From positions 5,910 to 69,909 of the forward strand of contig JAYPCE010000003.1 in the NCBI GenBank assembly GCA_038124565.1: 64,000 bases of DNA, written 5' to 3'. This document shows positions 29,876 to 39,706 of the stretch, in pieces. This DNA is from Poseidonia sp. GTDB lineage: Archaea > Thermoplasmatota > Poseidoniia > Poseidoniales > Poseidoniaceae. The first letter of the stretch is position 1, and each line of letters starts with the position of its first letter. The translations under genes were made by a program, and so were the position numbers. Below the pieces are notes generated by a model. That model was not told where the DNA came from. It ran no database searches and worked only from the letters and a program-made list of their open reading frames with translations.

Positions 29876-31093
29876 ATGCCCGTCCCAACGACTCCACCAG
29901 AGGTGAGGGACGAAGTGGTGTTGGCGCGCTACCCGTTCCTACCTCAGGCGTCGGTGTGGATTCGTGAGATGGCATCTCGACATGCGATTGACTTGAGCGA
30001 ATTGTTGGACGGGTCGTTGATGGAAAGAGCGAGGCAACGTGCCCGAATACGCTTAATCGATTCTATCCAATCCAAAGAAGGTGTACAAGTCATCGGCGGA
30101 GACGTTCACACAGAAGAGGGTCGGTTGATTGAGGCTTTTTCGTTTTATTATGCACGCCTGGTAATGTGTGCCAGCGAAGACGAGCGTCTCATCGCACGGT
30201 GGGCACAAGCAGAGGCGGCTCGTGCCGAACAACTCCTCATTCAGGACGCCGGCAATCTCCACACCATCGCTCAAACCTACATCGGCCGTGTTGAACTTCT
30301 TGGTCCATCAACCATGCCCGCCCAGCGTGTTGCCTCAGCCGGCCTGCGGGAATTGCGGCAACAAACATCCTCGCAATGGCGTGTTGGTTTGGCTGATTTT
30401 ATCGAGATTTGTCCTCGGATCACGGGTTCCAGATGGCGGCTACCCAATGTCGATGTGGAAGCAGGATGGGTCAAACTTCACGATGAACGGCAATACGCTT
30501 CCTCGGCAAAACTGGCTCGTTTGCTACGCGAACGCATCAAATCAAGCATCGAAGCGGAGGCCTTGGAAAAGATGGCCGAAGTCACCACAGATTTGGCCGT
30601 TCGTTTAGCCGAACCCGTGGGCATGGTGCGGAATCTCATGGCCAACAAAGCCAGTGAAGCCATCGCCTTGGTCGGCGCCGAGGAAAGCGATTGGCCTCCT
30701 TGCATGCAGAAGATCATCGCCGACTTGGCAGGAGGCGTCAACGTCAACCATTTCGGCCGTTTGTTCTTGGCGTCCATGGCGGCGACCCTTGCCCTACCGC
30801 AAGAATCCTGTGTCAGTTTCTTCCGAGGCGCACCAGACTTCAGTGAGGCCACAACAACCTATCAGGTTCAGCATGTCTACCAGCACGAATACACGCCGGC
30901 CGGTTGTGCGAAGCTGAAGGTCAATCACAACTGTCCTGTTCTTCCAGGTGATAACCGTACTTGCGATCAGTCTTGGATGGACCACCCGCTCAAGTACATC
31001 CGAGCAACCCAACGATGGCGGCGACTCACCGACACCCCCTCAACCTCGGAAGGCGACGCCCCACCTTCAGAATCCCCACCTTCAGATTCATGA
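29876..31093 (+). CDS. priL: DNA primase large subunit
   Basis: RYPFL, WPPCM, NHFGR, F..APDF...TTYQVQH and YTPAGC...C...C Fe-S ligands, then HPLKY. Confidence 0.9.
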   Translation: MPVPTTPPEVRDEVVLARYPFLPQASVWIREMASRHAIDLSELLDGSLMERARQRARIRLIDSIQSKEGVQVIGGDVHTEEGRLIEAFSFYYARLVMCASEDERLIARWAQAEAARAEQLLIQDAGNLHTIAQTYIGRVELLGPSTMPAQRVASAGLRELRQQTSSQWRVGLADFIEICPRITGSRWRLPNVDVEAGWVKLHDERQYASSAKLARLLRERIKSSIEAEALEKMAEVTTDLAVRLAEPVGMVRNLMANKASEAIALVGAEESDWPPCMQKIIADLAGGVNVNHFGRLFLASMAATLALPQESCVSFFRGAPDFSEATTTYQVQHVYQHEYTPAGCAKLKVNHNCPVLPGDNRTCDQSWMDHPLKYIRATQRWRRLTDTPSTSEGDAPPSESPPSDS

Positions 31094-31132
31094 CGGGGAT
31101 GCGAATAAAAACAACAGCGGGCTCTTTTACGC

Positions 31133-32731
31133 ATGGGCAATGGTGACCTCCCGCCTCAAGGTCAACCTCTCCCCGTGATGTATCGGTTGATTCGTGCCTT
31201 CTTCAGGTTCCTGACCGGTGTATGGTTTCGAGAAGTTCACCTCGTGGATGATGAGTACTTGGACAATGAGGGCGGTATCCTGTTTGTCTCATGGCATCCC
31301 AACGGGCTCATTGACCCCATGTTGATGACAGCACGCCTCCCAGGGAAAATATCAACGTTGGTGAAGCATCAAGTGTTCAGCCTACCTTTGCTTGGTTGGA
31401 TGTTTCGGATGGCGGGCGTCATTCCAATCGGTAGTGTGCCGAAACAGGCGGTACGTTTGGGATTGGCCAAATCGGACGCCACCATCTTGAATTCCATGGC
31501 TGATTCGTTGGCCAAAGGAGGCAAGGTGCTGGTCTTTCCCGAAGAATCAACGCACGGTGAGGCGACGGTGCAGAAGGTCCGCTCTGGCCCGGCACGCATG
31601 CTTCTCGAGGCTTTCCGATTGGCTGAAGTGAACGGTTGGCCTCGCCCACGCGTTGTTCCAGTTGGGCTGCATTATTCAGCAACGAGTCGGTTTCGCGAGC
31701 GCGCCGCCATCGTGTTAGAACGGCCCATGGCTCTCCCTGCGGCCCCCAAAGCGAGTTCAGACCCTTCGTCACCCAGCGATGCTGAAATGGCTTGGATTGC
31801 AGAGGTCACGGCAGCGATTGAAGGTGAGTTGAAGCGGGCGAACTTGGCCAAAGCTTCGTGGCGAGAACGCACGTTGATTTGGAAAGGGCGTGGCTTGGTG
31901 CAAGCCGAGAAGCAACGACAATCCGGTCAAGCCCTGACTCGGTCCACCTATGCTGAATCGATTCTCGCCGCTCGTCGTTTGCGAGCAGGTTGGGAGTTTA
32001 TGTTGCAGGAGGAGAAAGAGGTTGCAGATGCGCTGGCAGGTGCGTGTGAAGACCACTTTGAGCGGCTAGAATCGCTGAATATCAGCCCACATGATGTGGA
32101 TGCACGACCGCCTGAGTTGACCATCCTAGGCTTCGCTCGTGTGTTTGCCTCATGGTGTTGGGCCGTGGTGTGGATGTTTGGCTTGGTCACCTGGGGAGCC
32201 ATGATTGGTAATTATCTCCCCTACAAATTCCAAGGGTTGCTAGAGAGAATCACCCGGCGCTTGAAGACCAACGATTCCTTTCAAGGAAGCATCAAGGTCC
32301 TGTCATCCGTGGTGGTCTTTCCCCTGTGGTGGGCGTTCTTATCCACCCTGTTGGTGTGGTTTCTCCTCGACAACACCAGCCCGGTGTATTCGGCGATGGC
32401 ATCGCACACTATACTGACGCACGTCACACAGCTTCCTGCAGTTGGAATCTTCGTGTTCTTTATGCTTTTTTGGCCATTGACGGCAAGGGCACACCTCAAC
32501 CTCTACGCACGTTTGGTTCGCAGCACTCGGCGCTTTGTTCAATGGAGGGCGTGGAATGACACCACCAAGAATTGGGATGAACTCATCTCCAACCAGCAGA
32601 CGCTTGCCACCCAATTGGTGAAATTGGGTGCAGGATTGGTTTTGCCTGGAGATCCAGACTGGGTTGACCCACCGTCGGGTAGCGATGATGTCGTGATGGT
32701 GCGTCGTCGTGAACCTTCTTTGGCTCAATGA
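31133..32731 (+). CDS. Glycerolipid acyltransferase (PlsC/GPAT superfamily) with C-terminal TM helices
   Basis: HPNGLID (HxxxxD), block II GVIPI, block III FPEESTH and block IV VVPVGLHY. Confidence 0.85.
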   Translation: MGNGDLPPQGQPLPVMYRLIRAFFRFLTGVWFREVHLVDDEYLDNEGGILFVSWHPNGLIDPMLMTARLPGKISTLVKHQVFSLPLLGWMFRMAGVIPIGSVPKQAVRLGLAKSDATILNSMADSLAKGGKVLVFPEESTHGEATVQKVRSGPARMLLEAFRLAEVNGWPRPRVVPVGLHYSATSRFRERAAIVLERPMALPAAPKASSDPSSPSDAEMAWIAEVTAAIEGELKRANLAKASWRERTLIWKGRGLVQAEKQRQSGQALTRSTYAESILAARRLRAGWEFMLQEEKEVADALAGACEDHFERLESLNISPHDVDARPPELTILGFARVFASWCWAVVWMFGLVTWGAMIGNYLPYKFQGLLERITRRLKTNDSFQGSIKVLSSVVVFPLWWAFLSTLLVWFLLDNTSPVYSAMASHTILTHVTQLPAVGIFVFFMLFWPLTARAHLNLYARLVRSTRRFVQWRAWNDTTKNWDELISNQQTLATQLVKLGAGLVLPGDPDWVDPPSGSDDVVMVRRREPSLAQ

Positions 32732-32807
32732 GGTGAGCGAGGGGGCATTCTTCACAAGGGTTTGAATGAAAGGAGGTCGGTGGCCCTTCCAAGGAGGGGG
32801 ATTGCAG

Positions 32808-33929
32808 ATGACGCGAACGTTGGTACTCACGGTGGACCGAGACAATGACCTCGGCATCAAAACCTCCATTCGTGGACCCGTTGTTGGGAGACGAAATGTC
32901 TTGACGGCGGCACTCAAACTCGGCATTGCCGACCCAGAGGAGAGCGATACCAATGCGATTCTCGGCGCGCTGGCTCAAAACGACCACTTGGTTGAGGCGA
33001 AGGCTGAGGAAGACGAGGTAGAGATTGCCATTTTGACGGGCGATGAAAAAGTCGGCGTACGTTCAGACCGAGCGATTGCAGCCCAACTCGAGGAAGTTGT
33101 CTCCGCCTTCCAACCCGACCAAGCCATCTTGGTCACCGATGGTGCAGAAGACGAAAGTGTGCTCCCCATCATCACCTCTCAAGTTCGCATTGACCACATT
33201 GAAAAGGTCATTGTACGTCAATCAAAAGGCATTGAGGGAACGTACTATTACATCGTCAAAGCCCTTGAAGACCCGAAGTGGCGAGCAAAATTCATGATTC
33301 CACTCGGGGCTGTGATGGCTATTTTGGGATTGGGAATCATGCTGCCCAACGAAATTGGCGGTGTTGTCATCGGCGCCCTGCCGCTGGTGTTGGGACTGTA
33401 CATTTTCAGCAAGGGGGCGGGCATTGAATCAACGGTCAATCGCGTGATTCAGGAGATGCGTGAAAACGCCGATGCGGCCATGTTCTCTTCTTTGCTTTGG
33501 ACGGCAACGTTGTTCAGCGCCATCTTTGCAGTCGCAGAGGGTTGGCGGGCGTTCGGCGTTCTAGACGGCACGGCGAACACGCAGTCGGTGTTGTGGTTGA
33601 GCGTCATTCATTCTTCACTTGCATGGACCGTGATTGCCTTCCTCACATCGACCGCCGGCTTCATGCTCCTTCGTTTGAAGCGGGGGTCATTTTCGGGCAG
33701 CCTTATCGTCTTGAGCGTGTTCGGCATGGTGGTCTATTCCTTCCTCAATGCGGCGCTTGATATTGCCATCCGTGTACTCAATGGGACCTCATACGAATTC
33801 AGTGTTGAGATGATTCTGAACGATTTGACCACCCCGTTGATTTGGGTTGTTGTCCTGTGGATGGTGACCACCGTCGTTCGAACCTTGCAAGCCAAGCAAG
33901 CTCAGGCTGACCGGTATTGGGGCATCTGA
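32808..33929 (+). CDS. DUF373 family archaeal membrane protein
   Basis: LVLTVDRDNDLGIKT, DPEESDTNA, VTDGAEDE and VRQSKGIEGTYY, followed by several TM helices. Confidence 0.85.
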   Translation: MTRTLVLTVDRDNDLGIKTSIRGPVVGRRNVLTAALKLGIADPEESDTNAILGALAQNDHLVEAKAEEDEVEIAILTGDEKVGVRSDRAIAAQLEEVVSAFQPDQAILVTDGAEDESVLPIITSQVRIDHIEKVIVRQSKGIEGTYYYIVKALEDPKWRAKFMIPLGAVMAILGLGIMLPNEIGGVVIGALPLVLGLYIFSKGAGIESTVNRVIQEMRENADAAMFSSLLWTATLFSAIFAVAEGWRAFGVLDGTANTQSVLWLSVIHSSLAWTVIAFLTSTAGFMLLRLKRGSFSGSLIVLSVFGMVVYSFLNAALDIAIRVLNGTSYEFSVEMILNDLTTPLIWVVVLWMVTTVVRTLQAKQAQADRYWGI

Positions 33930-34394
33930 TCACAGAATGAACCGGGGCAGAACTCTGGCGAGGGTGTTGTGCCCCACCACCCCAACCAAGACACCTTCAT
34001 CGTCAACAACGCCGAGTTGATTCAAGTCATGCGTGAGCATCAACGCACCGGCTTTCAGGAGGGGCGTGGTGGTCCGAACCGTGAGGGGAGGATTGGTGAG
34101 CACCTGTTGAGCGGGAATGGAATGCATCCATGCAACGTCTCGGTTGACGGCCTTTCGGCTCACCATCTTCAACAAGTCAACGGCGTGGATGCGTCCCAAC
34201 GGGACCCCTTCATCATCAACGATGAACAGATGGTCCCAGTTGTTTTTGGTCAAGACCTCAAGCACATGGAACATAGAATCACTCGCCAGCAGCGCATGCG
34301 CATGCTGCATGACTTGACCACACGCGACTTGGCGTGCGGCTCGCGAACCTTCGTTTGTTTTCGCTGCTTTTCGTTGAAACGGACGGGTTGCCAT
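33930..34394 (-). CDS. CBS-pair domain protein
   Basis: Two CBS motifs (LFIVDDEGVPLGRI and LGVVDDEGVLVGVV). Confidence 0.85.
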   Translation of the reverse strand: MATRPFQRKAAKTNEGSRAARQVACGQVMQHAHALLASDSMFHVLEVLTKNNWDHLFIVDDEGVPLGRIHAVDLLKMVSRKAVNRDVAWMHSIPAQQVLTNPPLTVRTTTPLLKAGALMLTHDLNQLGVVDDEGVLVGVVGHNTLARVLPRFIL

Positions 34395-34540
34395 GGTATC
34401 TTCAAAGGCTGGCCGTCCGGCGACCTCTTTTGAACCCTTCCGCATCCCGAACATCAGTTTCACAAATCCGGAAAATCTGAGGCTACGCCACTGATGCGCT
34501 GTTCCTCAACAAATATAGCGAGACGCCGCATGGTCAAGCC

Positions 34541-34963
34541 ATGAGCCCCGTTCCGGAGAACGAGCTTCTGGCCTTGCGCTCGCTGGATGGGTACGACCAA
34601 ATGCTGGAAATCGACCGTTTATGTCGAGTGTACAACACCGATGAGCCGACCATACGAGCAGCGTTGGCTCAACTCACGACGTCAACAACGGCCCCGGCAG
34701 CATCGACGTCCATGGATTGGGACACATCTTACAAGGACACGCCCGACCTGCAACAAGCAACGGGTCCGTCAGCACCAACGGTCGTTGACAAAGGGCAATT
34801 CCGGTTTGAATACGACCCAACACGAGAAGCCGCAGCCCGGCGCGAGCAGGTGAATCAAGCCATCCTCTGCTCGGCCTGCGGTGTCGCCCTTGGCATTCCC
34901 GATGTTCGCCCTATCAAGGTCACCTGCCCTTCGTGCCTGTTTGAAGCGACCTATACCCATTGA
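34541..34963 (+). CDS. Hypothetical protein with C-terminal Zn ribbon
   Basis: CSACG...CPSC at the C-terminus. Confidence 0.65.
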   Translation: MSPVPENELLALRSLDGYDQMLEIDRLCRVYNTDEPTIRAALAQLTTSTTAPAASTSMDWDTSYKDTPDLQQATGPSAPTVVDKGQFRFEYDPTREAAARREQVNQAILCSACGVALGIPDVRPIKVTCPSCLFEATYTH

Positions 34964-35001
34964 TGGGGAGGTTGATGAACGGGAGACGATAGGGGGCATG
35001 C

Positions 35002-35817
35002 ATGGACGGCACCTCACCGAGGCTTTGGCCGTATTCGGCGAACAATTCACCGCTCCCTATTCCAAGTCAACCCGTACTTTACACCCCACGGGCTGTCATC
35101 GACCTCCATTTTGATGGCGATGCCGCAGCAGCGGATCTGGACATGGGCAAGGACGCTGTGTTGGCCTATGCTGAGCATTACCGCACAAACGAAAGCACGC
35201 TTGCGAGCCTGCTAAAATCGGAAGGAGCACCTCCGCTGAGCGAACGTCGTCCCATTTTGCTTCAGGGTGAACTTGCCAATCCATACCGCTTGCAGGAGAT
35301 GGGCATGGATGCACTGCCGCTGTTACCGGTCCGACTTGAGGGGATTTGTCGCACATGGGCGGACAGTTTGGACCCAAGGGACGCCTACCCAGGTGTCCAT
35401 CATGTGACGCTCGCACGCACGCCTGGATGGTGGGAAATGTCGGTGCTTGGCTTGGCGAGCAAAGAACAACTCAAGCACATTCGTGACTGGCTGGACAACG
35501 GAGTGCCCCATGCTTGGAAACCGGTCAAACTCGCCGAAGGCTGTGTACGCTTTGAGCATGAAACGGTCATGCCACCCGACCAAAACGAAGTGGAATGGGA
35601 TGGAACCCATGAACGCGTGTCCCGTCCGATGCCAGCGCCAACGGGACCAAACCTTCTCTTGGACGACCTCTTGGTGGTGGTCCATACCCGTCATGGTTGT
35701 TACAACCACCGTGGAAGAATCGCCCGATGCGTTCACATGCAGCAGCGGGCTTTCCATGAACAATTATTTCGCAAAGGCTCTTCACATCGATGGAACGATG
35801 TTCTCACGGTGAACTAG
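35002..35817 (+). CDS. Hypothetical protein
   Basis: 271-aa ORF filling the gap, with a 4-bp stop overlap with ribD and no recognisable motif. Confidence 0.6.
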   Translation: MDGTSPRLWPYSANNSPLPIPSQPVLYTPRAVIDLHFDGDAAAADLDMGKDAVLAYAEHYRTNESTLASLLKSEGAPPLSERRPILLQGELANPYRLQEMGMDALPLLPVRLEGICRTWADSLDPRDAYPGVHHVTLARTPGWWEMSVLGLASKEQLKHIRDWLDNGVPHAWKPVKLAEGCVRFEHETVMPPDQNEVEWDGTHERVSRPMPAPTGPNLLLDDLLVVVHTRHGCYNHRGRIARCVHMQQRAFHEQLFRKGSSHRWNDVLTVN

Positions 35818-36881
35818 CGTTGTTTGAGGTAGTGCTCCACTCGCTCTTCGCCCCAAACGAATTCTTCCACGATGGATAAACCGGCCGTTGCAAGTGTCTC
35901 CCTACCGATGTTGGCGTGAACGGGTAGTGCGTGCTCAACATCAGCGTGAACCAAGTACGCCTCATCGACCAGACCTGCTTCAAGAAAGTGGTGAATGGTG
36001 GTTGGTCCACCCTCAACGAGGAGGCGTTGAATGTCCTGGTCACCCAACTGGTTGAGCAGAGAGGTGAGGCCAGCGAAGTCTTTCTGCACCAAGCGAGTTG
36101 CGCCGCCATCGTTGAAGAGTTGAGCGTTGGTATTCACACGCCCAGCCGGGTCGAGCACGATGCGCAATGGTTGTCGGTCGTTGGGGACCAAACGTACCGT
36201 CAATTGAGGGTCGTCCCGGTTGACGGTTTCAACGCCAACCAAGACAGCGTCGCAGTCGCGTCGTAATTCGTGGACTTTTTCTAAACAACCAGCCGATGTA
36301 AAGCGTTGAGCGCCAAGGGAACGATCATCCACCGAACCTTGTCGGTCAAGAGCCAGCTTGACGGTGACCAATGGCCTTCGATGTTCGCACCAGTGCATGA
36401 ATCCGAGCATTTGTTGGCGCGCTTCTTCTCGCATCAGGCCTATTCGTGTCGGGATACCTGCGTCGTTCAGCACCCGACATCCATTTCCCCGGACGGTCGG
36501 ATTGGGGTCGTCATGGGCGACAACCACCTCCTTGACGCCCGCCCACATCAGCGCTTCCGTGCAGGGAGGTGTTCGGCCAAAGTGATTGCACGGTTCAAGC
36601 GTGACATAGGCCGTGGCGCCGTTGGGGGAATGCCCCTTTTCTTCCGCATCATGAATCGCCATTTGTTCTGCGTGTAGCCCGCCAAGGTGGTCATGCCAGC
36701 CCTCGGCGATGATTTCGCCGTCTTTGACCAACACACAACCGACCAAAGGGTTTGGACTGACCCTGCCCCGTCCTCGTTCTGCGACAAGCAGGGCTCGTTC
36801 CATGAAGGCCCTATCATCGTCGCTCCACGCCTCGTTCACGGTTTGCCCAATCTGCTGGAGTTCATGACTTCTTGCATTCAA
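35814..36881 (-). CDS. ribD: Bifunctional riboflavin biosynthesis deaminase/reductase
   Basis: PNPLVGCV, HAE, TLEPCNHFGRTPPC, GVETVNRDDPQLTVR and LLVEGG. Start is uncertain; the track's longer start runs through the AT-rich promoter. Confidence 0.93.
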   Translation of the reverse strand: MNARSHELQQIGQTVNEAWSDDDRAFMERALLVAERGRGRVSPNPLVGCVLVKDGEIIAEGWHDHLGGLHAEQMAIHDAEEKGHSPNGATAYVTLEPCNHFGRTPPCTEALMWAGVKEVVVAHDDPNPTVRGNGCRVLNDAGIPTRIGLMREEARQQMLGFMHWCEHRRPLVTVKLALDRQGSVDDRSLGAQRFTSAGCLEKVHELRRDCDAVLVGVETVNRDDPQLTVRLVPNDRQPLRIVLDPAGRVNTNAQLFNDGGATRLVQKDFAGLTSLLNQLGDQDIQRLLVEGGPTTIHHFLEAGLVDEAYLVHADVEHALPVHANIGRETLATAGLSIVEEFVWGEERVEHYLKQR

Positions 36882-37006
36882 TAGAACCACAAACACGGCT
36901 AAAATTGCATTTTTATGCAAGATGAATAGTTTATTATTCATATTCAATAATTGCAAAAACCGTAGGAAAGAGAAGCATTCAAGCACCAATTCGCTTTGAC
37001 AGAGGC

Positions 37007-38101
37007 ATGTCAACCGAGCCTGCACAAGGCTTCCCCTCTCGTTTGACCTTCGTGGAAGACTCAGATACACGCCGGAAGAAAGGGGTTCGACGCCCTATCT
37101 ACGCAGATGTGTTCACGCAACCAACTGTTGTGCAGGGCCCACCTTCCAAGGTGTATCTTTTGGTCAACCCATACTCGGGAAAGCGAAAAGGCCAACGCAT
37201 TGCTCAGCGTGTACAGGAACGCTTGGAAGCAGCGGGCGTTACGGTTGAAGTATCCGTTTCAGCTTATAGCGGCCATTTGGTTACCTTAGCTTCAGCGCTC
37301 ATGGTCGAGGAAGGTGAACTCATTGCAGCCGTTGGTGGTGACGGCACGTTGTGCGAAGTCCTTTCTGGCCGAATGTTATTGAATCTCAGTAGACGAGAGA
37401 ATGTTGCGATTGTACCGGCTGGAACCGGCAACTCGCAAGCGAACGATTTGGGTCTTCGTTCACCGGATGATGCGGTCGATGCTATTCTTGGTGGCCAATT
37501 CCAAGCCCTGGACTTGGCCAAAGTTGAGTTGACCGAAGGTCTGCCCGGTCAGGAAAAGGAACGCATCGTTCGGTACAGTCACAATCTGGTGACATGGGGG
37601 CTCGGTGTTGATTCTAACATTCAAGCAGAAAAGATGCGTTGGATGGGGCCGATACGTTACGATGTGGGCATTATCTTGGCCATCCTAGCCAACCGTAAGC
37701 GGCGAGCCACCTTAACCATCAACGACACAACACTCACCGATGATTACACGCTTTTTTTGGTCCAAAACAGCCAAACCGGGGGCTCGTTATTACCGCTTGC
37801 ACCAGGTGCTTCGTTGGACGACGGTGAGATGGACATAGGTATTCTCAAACGCATGAAGCGAGGTGCTGTGCTCAACGCCTTTGGCATGCTCAAAAGCGAA
37901 GGCCGTCATGTATTCCATCCAAAGGTGGACTACCATCGTTTCACGAGCCTTCGCATTGAGACTGAAACCCCGACCGCAATCAACGTTGACGGAGAAAATC
38001 TTGGTTCAACTCCGTTGTCGATGGAGGTCATTCGGCACGCCGTGAACATTGTCGTGCCGGCTCAGAACGAGAAATCGGAGAAGTCGTCTTCCTCTTCGTA
38101 G
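37007..38101 (+). CDS. Diacylglycerol/sphingosine kinase family lipid kinase
   Basis: VNPYSG, VGGDGT, PAGTGN, DDG and DGE motifs. Confidence 0.88.
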   Translation: MSTEPAQGFPSRLTFVEDSDTRRKKGVRRPIYADVFTQPTVVQGPPSKVYLLVNPYSGKRKGQRIAQRVQERLEAAGVTVEVSVSAYSGHLVTLASALMVEEGELIAAVGGDGTLCEVLSGRMLLNLSRRENVAIVPAGTGNSQANDLGLRSPDDAVDAILGGQFQALDLAKVELTEGLPGQEKERIVRYSHNLVTWGLGVDSNIQAEKMRWMGPIRYDVGIILAILANRKRRATLTINDTTLTDDYTLFLVQNSQTGGSLLPLAPGASLDDGEMDIGILKRMKRGAVLNAFGMLKSEGRHVFHPKVDYHRFTSLRIETETPTAINVDGENLGSTPLSMEVIRHAVNIVVPAQNEKSEKSSSSS

Positions 38102-39513
38102 TGCTGAGGTGCTGGTGCAACCGGCTCCTCTTGCGCAGGTTTTGCGGTCTTCACAGCCTTCTTTCGGCGGACAGGTGGTTGACTTTTCACCGGTTCTGAT
38201 GGCGGAGCGGTCTGTTTTGTAGGAGAGCCTGAGATTGGAGGTGATGAGCGTCGTTGGGTCATGGAAGGGGGAAGAGACGATGTCGCTTCAGGGGCGTTCA
38301 TGCGGTCCATTTCTTGCGCAGCCTCGGTCACGACCACCGAACTTTTTCGTTCAGTAGGAGCAGCGCTACCCGGTCGTGTTGATGAAGAGGATGATGCCAA
38401 AACGCTGTCAAGGTCAAAGCCGCCCATGGGATTGTCGTTTTTGGTCGGCAAGGACGTCTCTTGCGGTTTCTCACGTTTTTCTTCCTTGGTACGCTCTTTG
38501 TCCATGCGGGCCTTCCGTTCTGTAGGGGATTCCATACCCGCCTTCTTCGCTGCTTTCGCATCGGTTTTCACGCTGGCTGCTTTCTTCATGCCTTCGTTGC
38601 CGATCAAGGTCTGCATGGCGTTGCTGGCCGACTTCATGACCATGCCTTTGGAAACCACGAACAGACCGACTGCGCCGCCAAGTCCTCCGACGAGGAAGAA
38701 GGTGATGAAACCACCACGGCCAAGGAAGGGTACGTTCCCCTGCACCCACTCATCATCAGCGTTGCCGTTTACAGAGACGGAAGCACCCTCCAGCGAGATA
38801 CCGGTCACGAACACATAGGCATCCTCTCGGTTGTTGTTACCCACCGTCATCATGCACTCGTTGTTGACTTCATGCCAACTTTTGAGGTAGCCTGTTGGGT
38901 TTTTACCATCTGCGGAAGAGACCAGATAGCCGTGGATGACGACAGGTTGATGCCATTCGTTGAGCGCTTGCATACCGTAGAGAATCTCTTCAGAAGTCGG
39001 TACGAGTCCCAGAATAAACCACTGGGTATCAGCGTCCATGTCAAGTTCGTCCAAATCAACGGTACCGGCTCCCGTATCGGGCGTGAACGGGGTTGACCAT
39101 GCCTTGACATCAATTCGGGCACCGTCGCCGTCAACAACGGACGCCGCTTGGTCAAACGGCATGGATTGAATGGCCACGGCAGTGGTTACACCAAAGTCAA
39201 GCCCACGTGCGCCCATCTGTGTATCGTGTTTGTCGTAAAAGTGGCTGGCAGCAAGGTAGCCCGAAATGTGCACCGGCTCCCCGGTCCCGTTTTTGAGGTC
39301 CATTCCATCGTCCCCGGTGGTGCACCCAACGGGTTCAAGGCCGTCAAGCGAGGTTGAACTCCCGGACAACCCGCTTTTCACGGTGGTGTTCTCCATTGAA
39401 AAATCGACTTCAACGGACGAAGCGCCGCTTCCCCAATCGGCTGAGGAAGGCCCTAGACAACCGGCAAGGGCCATGCAGGCCACCAAACACAAGGCAAGCG
39501 AACTGCGCCGCAT
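38062..39513 (-). CDS. Hypothetical lipoprotein with C-terminal TM and disordered tail
   Basis: MRR...LAGC lipobox, TM GGFITFFLVGGLGGAVGLFVV, and a low-complexity K/P/S-rich tail. Confidence 0.75.
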   Translation of the reverse strand: MRRSSLALCLVACMALAGCLGPSSADWGSGASSVEVDFSMENTTVKSGLSGSSTSLDGLEPVGCTTGDDGMDLKNGTGEPVHISGYLAASHFYDKHDTQMGARGLDFGVTTAVAIQSMPFDQAASVVDGDGARIDVKAWSTPFTPDTGAGTVDLDELDMDADTQWFILGLVPTSEEILYGMQALNEWHQPVVIHGYLVSSADGKNPTGYLKSWHEVNNECMMTVGNNNREDAYVFVTGISLEGASVSVNGNADDEWVQGNVPFLGRGGFITFFLVGGLGGAVGLFVVSKGMVMKSASNAMQTLIGNEGMKKAASVKTDAKAAKKAGMESPTERKARMDKERTKEEKREKPQETSLPTKNDNPMGGFDLDSVLASSSSSTRPGSAAPTERKSSVVVTEAAQEMDRMNAPEATSSLPPSMTQRRSSPPISGSPTKQTAPPSEPVKSQPPVRRKKAVKTAKPAQEEPVAPAPQHYEEEDDFSDFSF

Positions 39514-39571
39514 GAATTGATGAGGGAGGGTTGAGTTTGAGAAGTCTTCCCTGAGAATAAACGACCGAAGT

Positions 39572-39657
39572 TGGCGCAGTCGGAGAGATTCGAACTCCCG
39601 AGTCACGGGGACACCGGATTTCAAATCCGGCGCAATACCAGGCTATGCGACGACTGC
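39572..39657 (-). tRNA. tRNA-Ser(UGA), CCA encoded, no intron
   Basis: Minus strand reads GCAGTCG...CCGGA-TT-TGA-AA-TCCGG, long variable arm, GTTCGAATC, ...CGACTGC-G-CCA. Confidence 0.96.
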
Positions 39658-39706
39658 TTTGGTCCAACGGAAGGGCTCCCGTTTTTTCTCCTTTCGCTAA
39701 CAAACA

